Assembly (NCBI GenBank): GCA_964016885.1
Contig: OZ024741.1
Location: 276,830,001 to 276,894,000, forward strand
Reading direction: 5' to 3'
From: Eledone cirrhosa
Taxonomy: Eukaryota
DNA length: 64,000 bases
Shown here piece by piece: positions 10,723 to 22,050 of the stretch. How positions within the stretch are numbered: position 1 is the stretch's first letter; every line of letters starts with the position of its first letter. The notes below the pieces were generated by a model. The model was not told the DNA's origin and did not search any database. It was given only the letters and a program-made list of their open reading frames with translations. A program made the position numbers and the translations under genes.

Positions 10723-13593
10723 TCGAAATATAACAAAAGAATATGTAAAAAACCATGCGTCCGAAAAATCAGAGACAGAGAGGGCGACTGAGCAACTAGC
10801 TGCTTTCACCTCGGCCAGTCGCCCTCAAAGTGATGGAAACTCAGTCTACTAATGACCATCTGGTGAGGGGACGAAGGCTTATAATGCACTACCACCTCTC
10901 CGTCAAAGAATAAAAAAGAGGAAGAAAGAAAGGAAGAAAGAAGAAAAAGGAAGGAGTCAGCGTAAGGGTCACACTACAGTCATGCTAGAAAACGCCGCGA
11001 AAAATGTTATTCCAAAGAATCTATATTTTAACAAATATATATAATGGGCGTCTGTATGGTCTAATGTGTGAACAGAAAATTGGAACGTTAACTTATGTTG
11101 AGAGTTATAGGATGAAATTAAATTAAAAAATAATAAATTGAAAAATAAATTAAAAAATTATTAGAAAATTAAAGGTTAAGGTAGCGAGATTTATTTAATG
11201 AACTTACAGAGAGAGTCTTATATGAAAAGGTTAATCTCGATAAGATATCAGGATGGGATATAGAGTAAAGATTAAAGCCTTCGATTGTGAATCCCAGCCA
11301 GCACCTCCTAACCACGTGTCAGCCAGTTTCGAGTGGTATCGTCCAGCGAAAGAAATGGAGATTAATTTTTCCGAGTACTCTAGGAACGTAGCTACACTAG
11401 GCCCCGGGTGTGCTAGCGGGAAGTCAACAATTTCGACAGGCCATCGTCTATACCAAACGAATACTATTAATTCACACATGAGGGGTTTATTTACGTGCCA
11501 GTAGAGGCATGATACAGCTAACAGTTATGCCTAAGCCTGGAGTTTATAGGTATAAGTATAACATGGCGGTCAAAACAGGCGGCGCGGCGGGCCCGGGGCA
11601 AAGCAAGTCGCTCCGAGTAATTTCGTTTATCGAAAGGGGTGAAATTTATTTTCCCAAGCACTCAAGGAAAGCTGAACTTTCCGAGCGCCCGGCGCGCAGC
11701 CGGGAAAAGCCACCACATAAGTCGAAGGTAGCAAACCCAATGAAAAGTGCAAATAGACTATAATTATTTTAAAGTCCCAGTTAGTCCGGGTTATAAGTAG
11801 TGTGGTTCTTTGGTGGGTAGGGGGCTATGAAAGGTGCATAATGACCTGAGTAAGGAAAGTTGCAAATAAATAGAAGTAGGATACAAAGATAAAATACAAA
11901 GATAAAGAATACATTGATAAAAATACATTAATAAACTAATAAAAGTAAAAAGTAAAATACATAAATAAAACGTCTTCATAGCTAGGGTAGTGATGTAGTA
12001 AGACGGAAGTATATAAGAACATATCGGAGGAATCAGAGCAAAGGGGAAATACAATATAGATCAAGTTGTAGTAAGATAATACAGGTTGTACATATAGATA
12101 TAGAGGATGGAAGAGATGGAATGGTATCAGGTGGTACTTAGTGTAAGTTCGGGTCTCCGAATTCAGTGTGAGTCACAAAAAAGTCCTGAGGTATAGAGTA
12201 GAGAATTCAGTCAATACAATACACGCTTTAGTATAATACGTAGAATTTTGTCGGAATCCGAATATTCCCGACAAGGAAGCAGCATCGGGTGGGCAGTAGA
12301 CAAAGCACGGAGCAGCCAAAATCCGAATGGTAAGTAGATCAGTTAATCCCATGCTGGCGGTAGCTGTACACTGAAGTCAGTGCCGCTGTTCAATATTACA
12401 TCTGGAAGTACTCAACATTATTGGAGCATTATTTCTTTAGGTTTGTTGGTTCAACACTGGATAGAATTGGTCATTCCGTATGGTCAATCTTGGTGTAATA
12501 TTGTGAAGCACACTACTTATAACCCGGACTAACTGGGACTTTAAAATAATTATAGTCTATTTGCACTTTTCATTGGGTTTGCTACCTTCGACTTATGTGG
12601 TGGCTTTTCCCGGCTGCGCGCCGGGCGCTCGGAAAGTTCAGCCTTCCTTGAGAGCTTGGAAAAATAAATTTCCCCTCTTTCGGTAAACGAAATTACTCGG
12701 AGCGGTTTGCCTTGCCCCGGGCCCGCCGCGCCGCCTGTTTTGACCGCCATGTTATACCTATACCTATAAACTCCAGGCTTAGGCATAACTGTTAGCTGTA
12801 TCATGCCTCTACTAGCACGTAAATAAACCCCTCATGTGTGAATTAATAGTATTCGTTTGGTATAGACGATGGCCTGTCGAAATTGTAGACTTCCCGCTAG
12901 CACACCCGGGGCCTAGTGTAGCTACGTTTCAAGAGTACTCGGAAAAATTAATTTCGATTTCTTTCGCTGGACAATACCACTCGAAACTGGCTGACACGTT
13001 GTTAGGAGGTGCTGGCTGGGATTCACAATCTTTACTCTATATCCCACCCTGATATCTTATCGAGATTAACTTTTTCATATAAGACTCTCTCTGTAAGTTC
13101 ATTAAATAAATCTCGCTACCTTAACCTTTAATTTTCTAATAATTTTTTAATTTTTTAAATTTATTTTTCAATTTATTATTTTTTAATTTAATTTCATCCT
13201 ATAACTCGTAACATAAGTTTAACGTTCCAATTTTCTGTTCACACATTAGACCATACAGACGCCCATTATATATGCCTTTGTTAAAATATAGATTCTTTGG
13301 AATAACATTTTTCGCGGCGTTTTCTAGCATGACTGTAGTGTGACCCTTACGCTGACTCTTTCCTTTTTCTTCTTTCTTCCTTTCTTTCTTTCTTCCCCTT
13401 TTTTATTCTTTGACGGAGAGGTGGTAGTGCATTATAAGCCTTCGCCCCCTCACCAGATGGTCATTAGTAGACTGAGTTTCCATCACTTTGAGGGCGACTG
13501 GCCGAGGTGAAAGCAGCTAGTTGCCCAGTCGTCCTCTCTGTCTCTGATTTTTCGGACGCATGGTTTTTTACATATTCTTTTGTTATATTTCGA

Positions 13594-13651
13594 ATACCTG
13601 ATGATATCACCGGATTCATATGGAACCCGGCCATTGAAATGATCATAGTAT
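13594..13651 (+). ncRNA. Minimal hammerhead ribozyme, family B (inverted-arm copy)
   Basis: atac CTGATGA tatcaccggattc-atatg-gaacccggccatt GAAA tgatca TA gtat. Confidence 0.8.
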
Positions 13652-13687
13652 CACCTTTCAAGGATTTAAACCAGTCCAGCCTCCTGT

Positions 13688-13735
<48 letters not shown>

Positions 13736-13924
13736 GTTTAGACCAGTTGAAGGCAAATAAATATTCAAAGCTCAAATGTGATTTTATAGTCCACAGCAAG
13801 ATAAGTAAAAGACATTAACAGTTTAATCTAATCGGTAAATTTTCAATCTTAGTAGTTTTACAATATAACAGAGAATATATAAAATCAATAAAAAATAACC
13901 AGGATTTAATTACATTATTTAATT

Positions 13925-13996
13925 GATTTACGAACGTTTCTATCAATACAGTAAAAAAATCCATTTTTTTTTCTCTATACTGATTTACTCAGAATC
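13925..13996 (-). ncRNA. Hammerhead-like motif with variant core (CUGAGUA) and long stem II, family L
   Basis: gauu CUGAGUA aaucaguauag...cuguauugaua GAAA cguucg UA aauc. Confidence 0.5.
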
Positions 13997-14164
13997 TATT
14001 AAACAGATTTAATAGGTTCATGATTTTTAGTGGTAGAAATGACCTTATGTGTCTGTAGACAATATATGACATCATTTTGATTGATGTTATTAATTATCAA
14101 CAGAGGGTGGAGGGTTGGCAGTATCAGTAGAGCGTCGGACAATAAGCTTTACGTCATAGAAATA

Positions 14165-14660
14165 CGAATCTCCACCGTCTATGATTCCTCCAACCAGGCT
14201 GCCGAGATAGCTACAAAAGTATAATGAAAATTAATAATTATAAACCTACTTTCAAAATCACATTTAAAAAGAACTGGTGTTGTTCATGGCTTTCCTAGAG
14301 ATATTAGTCATATTTAGGGAACGCCCAAATGATTTAGAAGTCGACTTTAAGTAGGAGCAATAACATTTAGAAAGGCATGAACGACACTACATCATATTGT
14401 TTTGTAAATTTTGAAAGTAGGTTTATAAGTGTGAATTTTTATGAATTTTCGTAGTTGTTTCTGTGGCCTAGCGGTAGGTACTAGAGACGGTAGAGATGCT
14501 GGCCTTGGGTTCAATCCTGGTCTGTAATCATTTTCAGTTTTTATTTTACATCCCATAGAAAAAAAACTCAAAAGGTTTACCGGGAACCCTACTCCCGACC
14601 AGGATCAACACCGATTATGATTCCTCCAACTATCCGCCGAGACAGCTAACAATTTATCGG
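14165..14660. repeat. tRNA-like repeat built from two diverged, oppositely oriented halves (B-A-B)
   Basis: tggcctagcggtagg...gggttcaatcctgg (A/B-box-like); the same halves occur at 57490-57930 in A-B order. Confidence 0.6.
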
Positions 14661-15112
14661 GGGGTCCATTCTACATATAACACATTTCTTATTCATGACA
14701 TGACAGTAATATAGACAACATAGAAATTAAAATAATATCTAATCATAGAAATGACTCAACAGGTAGGCAAATTAGAGAAGCAACTGAGATAGAACTAAGA
14801 AAACCAAAGTTGAACAGAAAAAAACGAATGGAATAACAACATACCCAAACAAACAATACTGACCCCAGGGAAATATAAATAAATATATATATAAATAAAT
14901 AAATAAATATATACACAAGTACAATAACAACAAACACACATAAACACATACACTCCAACACGAACACACACACGAATCAGGAAACACACACGCAAACGCA
15001 TGCGCAAACAGAGACAGACAAGAATAAATAAATAAATTAATTAATTAATTAATTAATTAATTAAATAAAAATGGCGTATGCATTACAATACAACGGGAGG
15101 AAACGTAATAGT

Positions 15113-15154
15113 ACCACTGATGATGTCACAGATGTGTGACGAAAGAACTTTGAT
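15113..15154 (+). ncRNA. Hammerhead ribozyme, family C, within a ~290 bp module (15060-15350)
   Basis: CTGATGA t gtcaca-gatg-tgtgac GAAA gaac TT; stem II covaries with the 31082 copy; stem I is weak. Confidence 0.7.
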
Positions 15155-15156
15155 AG

Positions 15157-15189
<33 letters not shown>

Positions 15190-15437
15190 GTATTTTTAAC
15201 CGTTGGTCAATCAATGATAAACATTGATTGCCAGATAAGTTAACTATGGAGATATGAAGGATACAGAAGCGAAAACCAACCCAAACCAAAAAGTGACTGT
15301 GTTCTCTTATTATTTCTGGCAATATTATAACAATATGACCCTCCCTAAATATAACTATATATATGTATATATATATATAATTATATAATAATATAAATCT
15401 CTCTCTCTCTCTCTCTCTATCTCTATCTCTCTCTCTC

Positions 15438-15495
<58 letters not shown>

Positions 15496-15770
15496 ATTAT
15501 AAATGTGAAGAGAAAATAGACAAAATATACCTAATTATTTCTTCAATGTCCCGACTATGTAGTTTCGTCGAGTGGTGTGCAGCCGGGGTGTAACTAAAGT
15601 GCACCGGGGCCTTGAGCCCTTGAGGCTATCAACTTTTCAAGAGACCCCTCATTGAAAGGGCGAATTTTTTAACTGACCGCTACTAGTGAAAAATTCTCGG
15701 CAAGGAGAATTATTACAACGCATACACACATACATATTGTTTTAAAGTGCTTAAGGAAATTTTTAATATA

Positions 15771-15919
15771 CCGTGTTTCCTGGCGCCGAAGATGCTTCAT
15801 CCTCGAGGACGCACCCTCATTTTCTCAACCAAAAATTTGAAAAAAAAAAATAATAAACAACCTTCGGCCTCCAGGACGCGTGGTAGATTTTTGACACTTA
15901 TTTTAGGGAAAAAATACGG
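15771..15919. mobile_element. pogo/Tc1-type MITE
   Basis: TA-ccgtgtttcc...aaaaatacgg-TA termini. Confidence 0.55.
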
Positions 15920-16176
15920 TAATAAAATAAGGAAGGATCAATAACCTTTGGAAAACTGCAACAGGTTTTAAGGAATGAAAAATAGGTGTCGCTTGAAGGG
16001 AAAAATAAAAGAAGACCTTAATCATTAAGGAAACCACGAATCTGATGAGTTATTGATTCCAGAAATCGAACCCGATCAATACGTATCATACATTGAGCTG
16101 ATCAATCGCGTTACCCGCATCACACCTGAATAAATTTAATGGTGATATTTGAAACGCTCTTCTTCTTCTTCTTCTT

Positions 16177-16207
<31 letters not shown>

Positions 16208-16478
16208 ATAATAATAATAATAATGATTTCATTTATTGGCCACAAGGGCCGACATATAGGGGACAACACAATAGACAGGGACAGTGGGGGTTTACATAGA
16301 GATCGAGTAAGTATAAATAACAAAAAAAACAAAATAACAATAAAAATACAACAATGAAAGTTCCCCAATAAGAGGGATCACCACCCAGGGTTGACTCAAG
16401 CACCCCACCAGTCCTGAGCCACCCGACGCTCCTAGGGCACCCGGGAAGGGCACCCCTCTCCTTCTCGAATTCACCAGC

Positions 16479-19400
16479 CTACAGGCGCATGATCAGAGTA
16501 GGCCCACTCACGCGGGCCATTCTCGCCACATTCACCCACCTTTCAGTAAATGTACTGGGGGGCAGCACTTCTCTCTCCACCCTCACCTTCCTTTCCAAGT
16601 GAAACTTGAAGAAGTTGATGAGGGATTGGCCGAAGAGAAAAGTGTCTGTCTTCAGTCCTTTCAACCTGGTCCACCATGCAACCTCTTTCGCTACTGCCAC
16701 CAGGCAGAGGAAAATTGCCTGCCCTTCCTGACCAAAAGAAGGCGGCGGGTCAATCTTCACTATGGACTCGGACGATAGCCGGATCCGTTCTACACGCGAC
16801 AATAGCTGTTCGACATAACCCCACAAGTCAGCAATGCACGGACACTGGACGAGTGCGTGCAGAACGGTTTCGTCGCTCTGCGCGCATCTCGGGCAGGTTC
16901 GTCTGACAGCACTTCCGTGCCTGTAGAGTTTATCCCGAACCGGCAGCGCCCCCCGGTAGCACTGCCAAGCGAGGGATTTCTGGAAGTTATCCATCGTCCC
17001 CGGCTCGAAAGTCCTCCGGAACATACTGGTCAGTTCTACTTCGTTGACGCCCAGAGCCTCTCCTAGTACGTCATCGCACTTGCCCTCCACTAATCCTCTA
17101 TAGAAATCTTGAGTGGAAGTTCCACTGACCGCATTGCCCACCTTGCAGAGTGCAGTGAGCGCCTGGCAACATTCCAGATGCCAGTCGCCCAGTCTCGGTC
17201 TCTTCTTGACCCAGGACTGCAGCTCAGTCAAAGAGATGAGCTGCGGAAAGGCCCGTCTAACAAACGGCGACCACACCTGTTCACCGTTTAGGCAAAATAT
17301 CTGGAGATGTCGCAGCCTCAGCGCATGTCTGCGCATCATTAGCCACGGCATGCCCAGCCCTCCACGAAGAGGGTGCTGGCAGCAGATGGACCGCCTCACC
17401 AACGGGACCCGTCCCCTCCACAAAAATTTGAAAAGGAGCCGTTCCAAATTGGCGAGGCGTGGACGGGGGCAAGGCACGACGGTCAGGCGGTAGTAGATGA
17501 CGGACGCGATGTACGCGTTCGCCACCTCCGCCCGCCCTTTCAGTGATAGCTTTCTCTCAGCCCATTTCTGGGTGAGGTTGGCTATCCTGCTCGTCACCTC
17601 GTCCCAATTCTTATCCACCTGGAGGTCTGGTCCGAACCAAACCCCGAGCAACTTTACCGGTCCGTCTGTCCAGCGCCCAACGACGCTGTTGGACGGCATG
17701 GACTTGCCTCTCCAGGTGCCGAGCTGCAAGCCCACCGACTTTTCCGGGTTAAGTTTTGCTCCCGTCAACCTTTCATATTCCTCCAAATGGGTGCGGATCA
17801 CCTCGATTTCCGAGGTGTCCGACACCATCACGGTGATGTCGTCCGCATAAGCGGACGCAGCCTTTCTGCGTCCCGGTTCGAGCGGGATGCCCTGCAACAA
17901 CTCCAGCTTCCGCAGTAGAGGCTCAAGAGTCAATACGTACAGAAGTGAGGAGAGAGGGCACCCTTGACGGACCGATCGAGAGATCTGAAACGGTTCCGAG
18001 AGGTGGCCATTAACTTTGACCACCGAGCGGATGCCGCTGTACATTGCAGCGATCCAGCTTCTGAAGACGGGGCCGAAGCCAGCCGCCTCGAGGACAGCCT
18101 CCAAGTACCGATGGTCGACCCTATCGAATGCTTTCGATTGATCTAAATTGATCAGAGCCCCACCGAAGCCAGGTTTGCACCCAACCCTCTCTATGATGTA
18201 TCGCATGAGGTGGAGGTTGTCGTGTATGGACCTGGTCGGGATTGCGCAAGTTTGCGCCTCCCCAACCAAATCTTTGACGACAAGCGCCAACCTTTTCGCT
18301 AACACCTTGGCCAAAATCTTAAACTCTGTGTTGAGCAGGGTTATGGGCCTGAAATTATCTAGTGTGTCCCTCTTGTTCTCGTCTTTCCTTATCAGCGTCA
18401 CAACGCCACGGCTCACAGAACTGGGAATGCTCCCGTTCTGCTGCCAGTTGCAGTAGAGCGCTTCGAGGAGATCGGAGAACAAGTCTGGCATATTTACGTA
18501 AAGCTCGTAGGGCAGACCATCCAAACCGGGTGACTTGCGACTCGAGCAGCCGACAAGGGCGTCCTGAATTTCGGCTGATGTTATCGGCTCTTCGCAGCGC
18601 TCAGCGTCGGCCGTCGAGAGGCGTGGCAAGCCGTCGAGGTAGGGACTGAAGTCCGCCGCCGTCTCCGACTCACCCATCCTCCCGAACAATCGAGCAAAGT
18701 GCTGGCGAAAGGCCTCACACATCCGCTTGGAATCGCTCAGTTCGTGTCCATCTCGATCCGTCAAAGACCGAATTGTGGTTTTATTTCCACGCTGCGTCTC
18801 TGCAAAGCGAGCCCATCGGGCAGCTTTGGTTCCCTCGTTCCTCAGAGCACGCGCCTTAGCTCTGACAATGCAACCTTCGTGTTTCGCATTGAAGAAATGG
18901 TCTAGTGCCATTCTCGCCGCTAGCACGTCTGTTGCAATGCCACTACAAATAGCCTCGTCTAACTTAGCTATCAGCCCCTCCTCCTTTCTATTTTTCTCTA
19001 TTGCTACTTCTTTGCTAAATCCTATCGAGGTTGCTCTAATCTCTCTTTTGAGTGCCCCCCACCACCTGTTGTTGACAACCCCCCCTGTCAACTTTTGCTT
19101 AACTAAGTTGTTGACCCGGTCCCTGTAAGCTTTACGTGCCGGAAACGACATGTTTAGCTTCCAGTAGCTAGGTCCTAACCTACGTGTCTTATCTAGGTCG
19201 ACCATACAGATCACAAGCTTGTGATCTGAATAGGCAACCGTTTTAAAATGTGGACATCCTACACTATTTCTATCTCTTTTCCTAATGAAAATCCTATCTA
19301 TGTACGATCTAGATGACCCTATGCGATTGGTCCAGGTCCATACTGGCGCATTAGGGAAATCTAGTCGGTACCTGTCAGACAGTTGAAACTGGCTGATCAG

Positions 19401-19898
19401 GTACTTGAGGCTTTTGCACCCCCCGCTCCTATCAGATACTCCCACACAATCCCAGCGTGCTTCTAAGATGCCATTCCAATCCCCTATTAACAGTAAAGGG
19501 CGAGACGTAAGCAGAAAGTTTTCCAGGCGCCTAAAGAAGTCCGGCCGACCGGCCCCAGTAGGGGCGTAGACGGCCACCAGTCTAAAGGCACCACCTTCGC
19601 TATTGCTCACGTCCAGGACCACCAACTTTCCGTCAGGATCCCGGAAGATTGACCTTACCTCGAGATCCAGACATTTCCTAAACAGCACAGCCACTCCACC
19701 TCCCATTCCCGGCCGACTAACAGATGCAAAGATCTGATAATCGTCGAAAATCGGCGCCAGTGCGCGTGTGTCGGAAATTCTGGTCTCGCTGATGGCAATT
19801 ACATCCATTCCTAGTGACCTGAGGTCGTTGAGCAAGTGACCTTGCTTCCAGGGCGACCCCAGGCCACGAACATTTAAACTTCCTACTCTTATGGCCAT
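16479..19898 (-). CDS. Tx1-like ORF2: APE endonuclease, reverse transcriptase and C-terminal zinc finger (1139 aa)
   Basis: EN motifs GSLNVRGL, ISETR, VYAP, GDWN, IDRIF, SDH; RT motifs SPGLDGL, FRPITLLN, LDQSKAFDRV, VRQGCPLS, YADD; CPRC...ETVLHALVQC. Confidence 0.97.
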   Translation of the reverse strand: MAIRVGSLNVRGLGSPWKQGHLLNDLRSLGMDVIAISETRISDTRALAPIFDDYQIFASVSRPGMGGGVAVLFRKCLDLEVRSIFRDPDGKLVVLDVSNSEGGAFRLVAVYAPTGAGRPDFFRRLENFLLTSRPLLLIGDWNGILEARWDCVGVSDRSGGCKSLKYLISQFQLSDRYRLDFPNAPVWTWTNRIGSSRSYIDRIFIRKRDRNSVGCPHFKTVAYSDHKLVICMVDLDKTRRLGPSYWKLNMSFPARKAYRDRVNNLVKQKLTGGVVNNRWWGALKREIRATSIGFSKEVAIEKNRKEEGLIAKLDEAICSGIATDVLAARMALDHFFNAKHEGCIVRAKARALRNEGTKAARWARFAETQRGNKTTIRSLTDRDGHELSDSKRMCEAFRQHFARLFGRMGESETAADFSPYLDGLPRLSTADAERCEEPITSAEIQDALVGCSSRKSPGLDGLPYELYVNMPDLFSDLLEALYCNWQQNGSIPSSVSRGVVTLIRKDENKRDTLDNFRPITLLNTEFKILAKVLAKRLALVVKDLVGEAQTCAIPTRSIHDNLHLMRYIIERVGCKPGFGGALINLDQSKAFDRVDHRYLEAVLEAAGFGPVFRSWIAAMYSGIRSVVKVNGHLSEPFQISRSVRQGCPLSSLLYVLTLEPLLRKLELLQGIPLEPGRRKAASAYADDITVMVSDTSEIEVIRTHLEEYERLTGAKLNPEKSVGLQLGTWRGKSMPSNSVVGRWTDGPVKLLGVWFGPDLQVDKNWDEVTSRIANLTQKWAERKLSLKGRAEVANAYIASVIYYRLTVVPCPRPRLANLERLLFKFLWRGRVPLVRRSICCQHPLRGGLGMPWLMMRRHALRLRHLQIFCLNGEQVWSPFVRRAFPQLISLTELQSWVKKRPRLGDWHLECCQALTALCKVGNAVSGTSTQDFYRGLVEGKCDDVLGEALGVNEVELTSMFRRTFEPGTMDNFQKSLAWQCYRGALPVRDKLYRHGSAVRRTCPRCAQSDETVLHALVQCPCIADLWGYVEQLLSRVERIRLSSESIVKIDPPPSFGQEGQAIFLCLVAVAKEVAWWTRLKGLKTDTFLFGQSLINFFKFHLERKVRVEREVLPPSTFTERWVNVARMARVSGPTLIMRL

Positions 19899-19927
19899 GC
19901 TGGCAGGATGAATGGGAGAGGAAAGGT

Positions 19928-21838
19928 TTACTTACCTTCCGGGGTCTTGTGAAGGTCGGGTGGTTCGACCTCCATGGTTTGTGGGGTTTCTTTTGGGAAC
20001 CCCTTTAATAGTCTTGACGTGGGTTTTACGTTCGGGGTTCCCACATCCCGAGGAAAGCTCTTTCGAATTTCTTTGTATGAAGCGAGCGACATTCGCATCA
20101 GAAGCAAATTATCTGGTACGCGAAATGTGCTCGCTTCAAATGTTTCCCCGTCTTTTTCGATGTTTGTGCTTCGTGCTACATGGGCCATCAATTCCTTGTT
20201 GGCCCTTCTGGCGAGCACGAAGTTTTTAATGTTTTGTTGCTCGGGTTTTATTTGTTCGTGTGATTGTGGTGGTGATAGCTTTGTTAGTGTTGTTTCTATT
20301 GTGTCTGCGTTTGTTGTGGGTGGGGTGTCTGTAGTTTCTGATGTTTGTGTGTCTATTTGTTCTTGTGTCTGTTTAGCTTGTTTGCGTTTGGGGGATTTTG
20401 GTGGTTGTGTTGGTGATGCTGTGGGGAAAATGTTTGTGTGGGTGGTGTGTGTATTTTTTTTTGTGGGGGTGTCTGTGCTTTGTGGATTTCTTTTTTTTTT
20501 GTGTTTTGTTTTTTGTATTTTGGGGGACTTTGGTTTTCCCTCATCTTCACTGCTGGAGGATGAGGGGTCTGTGGCTGTGAGCGTGTTTGTGTCTGAGTGA
20601 GTGTTTATGTTCTTGTTCGTGTGTGTATTTTGGGGGGGAGGGGGAATGGGAGAGCTTTCCTCGTTTCCCCCCTGGGTGTGCAATTTTGGTGGTTCCATTG
20701 TTGACGGTGTTGCTGGTGGTCCTTGTCCCGGCGTCGCCAGCAGTGGAATCTTTCGACCCCTTGCGCTTTTCGGCAGTTGAGGGCAGAAGGCTCGCAAGTG
20801 TGTCGTTTCCCCACAAAGGAAACAATGCGGCCTTTTGCCCTCAGTCATTATATGCAACACCCTCCCGTTTTGGAGGCGGATGTGGTCCGGGATTGTTTTT
20901 ACGTTTTCGGGTCTGATTTGGAGCAGTATCTCCAGATCAACCCCGGACCAGTCGTCCCTGGCAGTTCTCGTTGCCTCTACCGGGACTGTATCCGTTCCTT
21001 CCACGATTACGCAACCCAGGAGCCACCACATATCAAGTCCTGGTGGAATCCTGGGAATGCGCACACGTGCTATTCGTTTTCCCATGTGGGAGGGGTACAT
21101 TATGACCTTGCTGGTTTTGCAAGGGGTCATTGAATGCTTCACAGCGAGGGCTTCAGACTTGAACAGCACCGAAACGGTGCCGTATTGCCTGCCCCTCTCT
21201 ATGAAGTCTGTGTCCTCTCTGATGTATTTCAGTGCGGCTTCTATGTCAGCTTGGGCGATTATCGCTGCCCTCTTTGTCTCTACTGAGATGCATCTGAAAT
21301 GCACCGTTCTTTTTTCCACTGCCTCAATGGCTTCTGCCGGGACAGTTAAGTTTGCCCAGGTCTGCTCTTGATTTATGATTTTCCAGGCCTGGGCCAACTT
21401 TTCCTCTCTGTTGGTTAAGTCGATGCTGTAGCATGGTCTCCTTTTAGCCGCTGCCACAGCAGCGAAAGTGTTCTTGTTGGTGTTGTCACTGTTGTTGTTC
21501 TTGTTGGTGTTGCTGCTGCTATTGCTGTTGTTGTTCTCCCCTGTGTCGTGGTTACCTTCTGTGCTGTTGGCCTTGTTGGTGCTGCTGCTGTCGCTACTAT
21601 TACTCTCTGTGCTGTTCGTTTTGTTGGTGCTCTCGCTATTACCACCTTCTGCGCTGTTCGGCTTGTTGGTGTTGGTGTTGTCGCTGTTACCACCTTCCGC
21701 GCCGCTCGGCCCGTTGGTGCTGGCACTGTCGCTGCTCACATTCGTGCTGGTGGCGCTCCTCGCCTCACCTCTCCTCTCAACGCTCAAGTCGCCGTTGCAC
21801 GACAGCAGACCCGCCTCTAGGGGGCGTGGCTCCGCCAT
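19928..21838 (-). CDS. Tx1-like ORF1 nucleic-acid-binding protein (about 636 aa from MAEPRP)
   Basis: First ATG at 21838; S/N/T-rich N-terminus; CCHC knuckle CFLCGETTHLRAFC; basic P/T-rich linker; lies just upstream of ORF2. Confidence 0.88.
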   Translation of the reverse strand: MAEPRPLEAGLLSCNGDLSVERRGEARSATSTNVSSDSASTNGPSGAEGGNSDNTNTNKPNSAEGGNSESTNKTNSTESNSSDSSSTNKANSTEGNHDTGENNNSNSSSNTNKNNNSDNTNKNTFAAVAAAKRRPCYSIDLTNREEKLAQAWKIINQEQTWANLTVPAEAIEAVEKRTVHFRCISVETKRAAIIAQADIEAALKYIREDTDFIERGRQYGTVSVLFKSEALAVKHSMTPCKTSKVIMYPSHMGKRIARVRIPRIPPGLDMWWLLGCVIVEGTDTVPVEATRTARDDWSGVDLEILLQIRPENVKTIPDHIRLQNGRVLHIMTEGKRPHCFLCGETTHLRAFCPQLPKSARGRKIPLLATPGQGPPATPSTMEPPKLHTQGGNEESSPIPPPPQNTHTNKNINTHSDTNTLTATDPSSSSSEDEGKPKSPKIQKTKHKKKRNPQSTDTPTKKNTHTTHTNIFPTASPTQPPKSPKRKQAKQTQEQIDTQTSETTDTPPTTNADTIETTLTKLSPPQSHEQIKPEQQNIKNFVLARRANKELMAHVARSTNIEKDGETFEASTFRVPDNLLLMRMSLASYKEIRKSFPRDVGTPNVKPTSRLLKGFPKETPQTMEVEPPDLHKTPEGK

Positions 21839-22050
21839 GTTTTTTTGAGAAAAAAAATTATTATTTTTTTTCAAAATAAAGTTCAAATATTTGGGCCAAA
21901 AGGCCCAAATATTATGAGTTATTCCTTCACAGGATACAAATTAATGTCTTATAATGCTTCAGCGGTACAAAAAATAAACAATTCTCTACAATTAATCCTC
22001 AAAAATTGCTTACTCACGGAGCTTCAAAAAACGTACATCCACTTTCGTCA

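Larger units (their letters stand above)
10451..13693. mobile_element. Non-coding hammerhead-bearing (Penelope/retrozyme-like) element: 1964 bp permuted unit plus ~1.19 kb inverted arm
   Basis: Inverted arms 10617-11807 and 12506-13693; 70 bp direct repeat 10472-10541/12436-12505; poly(T) at 10451-10473; (TA)n on both flanks. Confidence 0.8.
16207..22050 (-). mobile_element. Full-length Tx1/L1-clade non-LTR retrotransposon, apparently intact
   Basis: ~210 bp 5' UTR, ORF1, 29 nt spacer, ORF2, ~250 bp 3' UTR with AATAAA, then an (ATT)n tail abutting (AAG)n. Confidence 0.95.

Noticed and set aside
13468-13525. Second possible hammerhead in the large element (ctgagtt...ggtGAAAgcagcTA)
   Set aside because: Core and stem I do not fit; only the GAAA-stem III half resembles one
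16040-16072. CTGATGA...GAAA hammerhead seed
   Set aside because: No stem I, II or III pairing found
16676-21848. Plus-strand ORFs overlapping the Tx1 element
   Set aside because: Antisense shadows of GC-rich coding sequence
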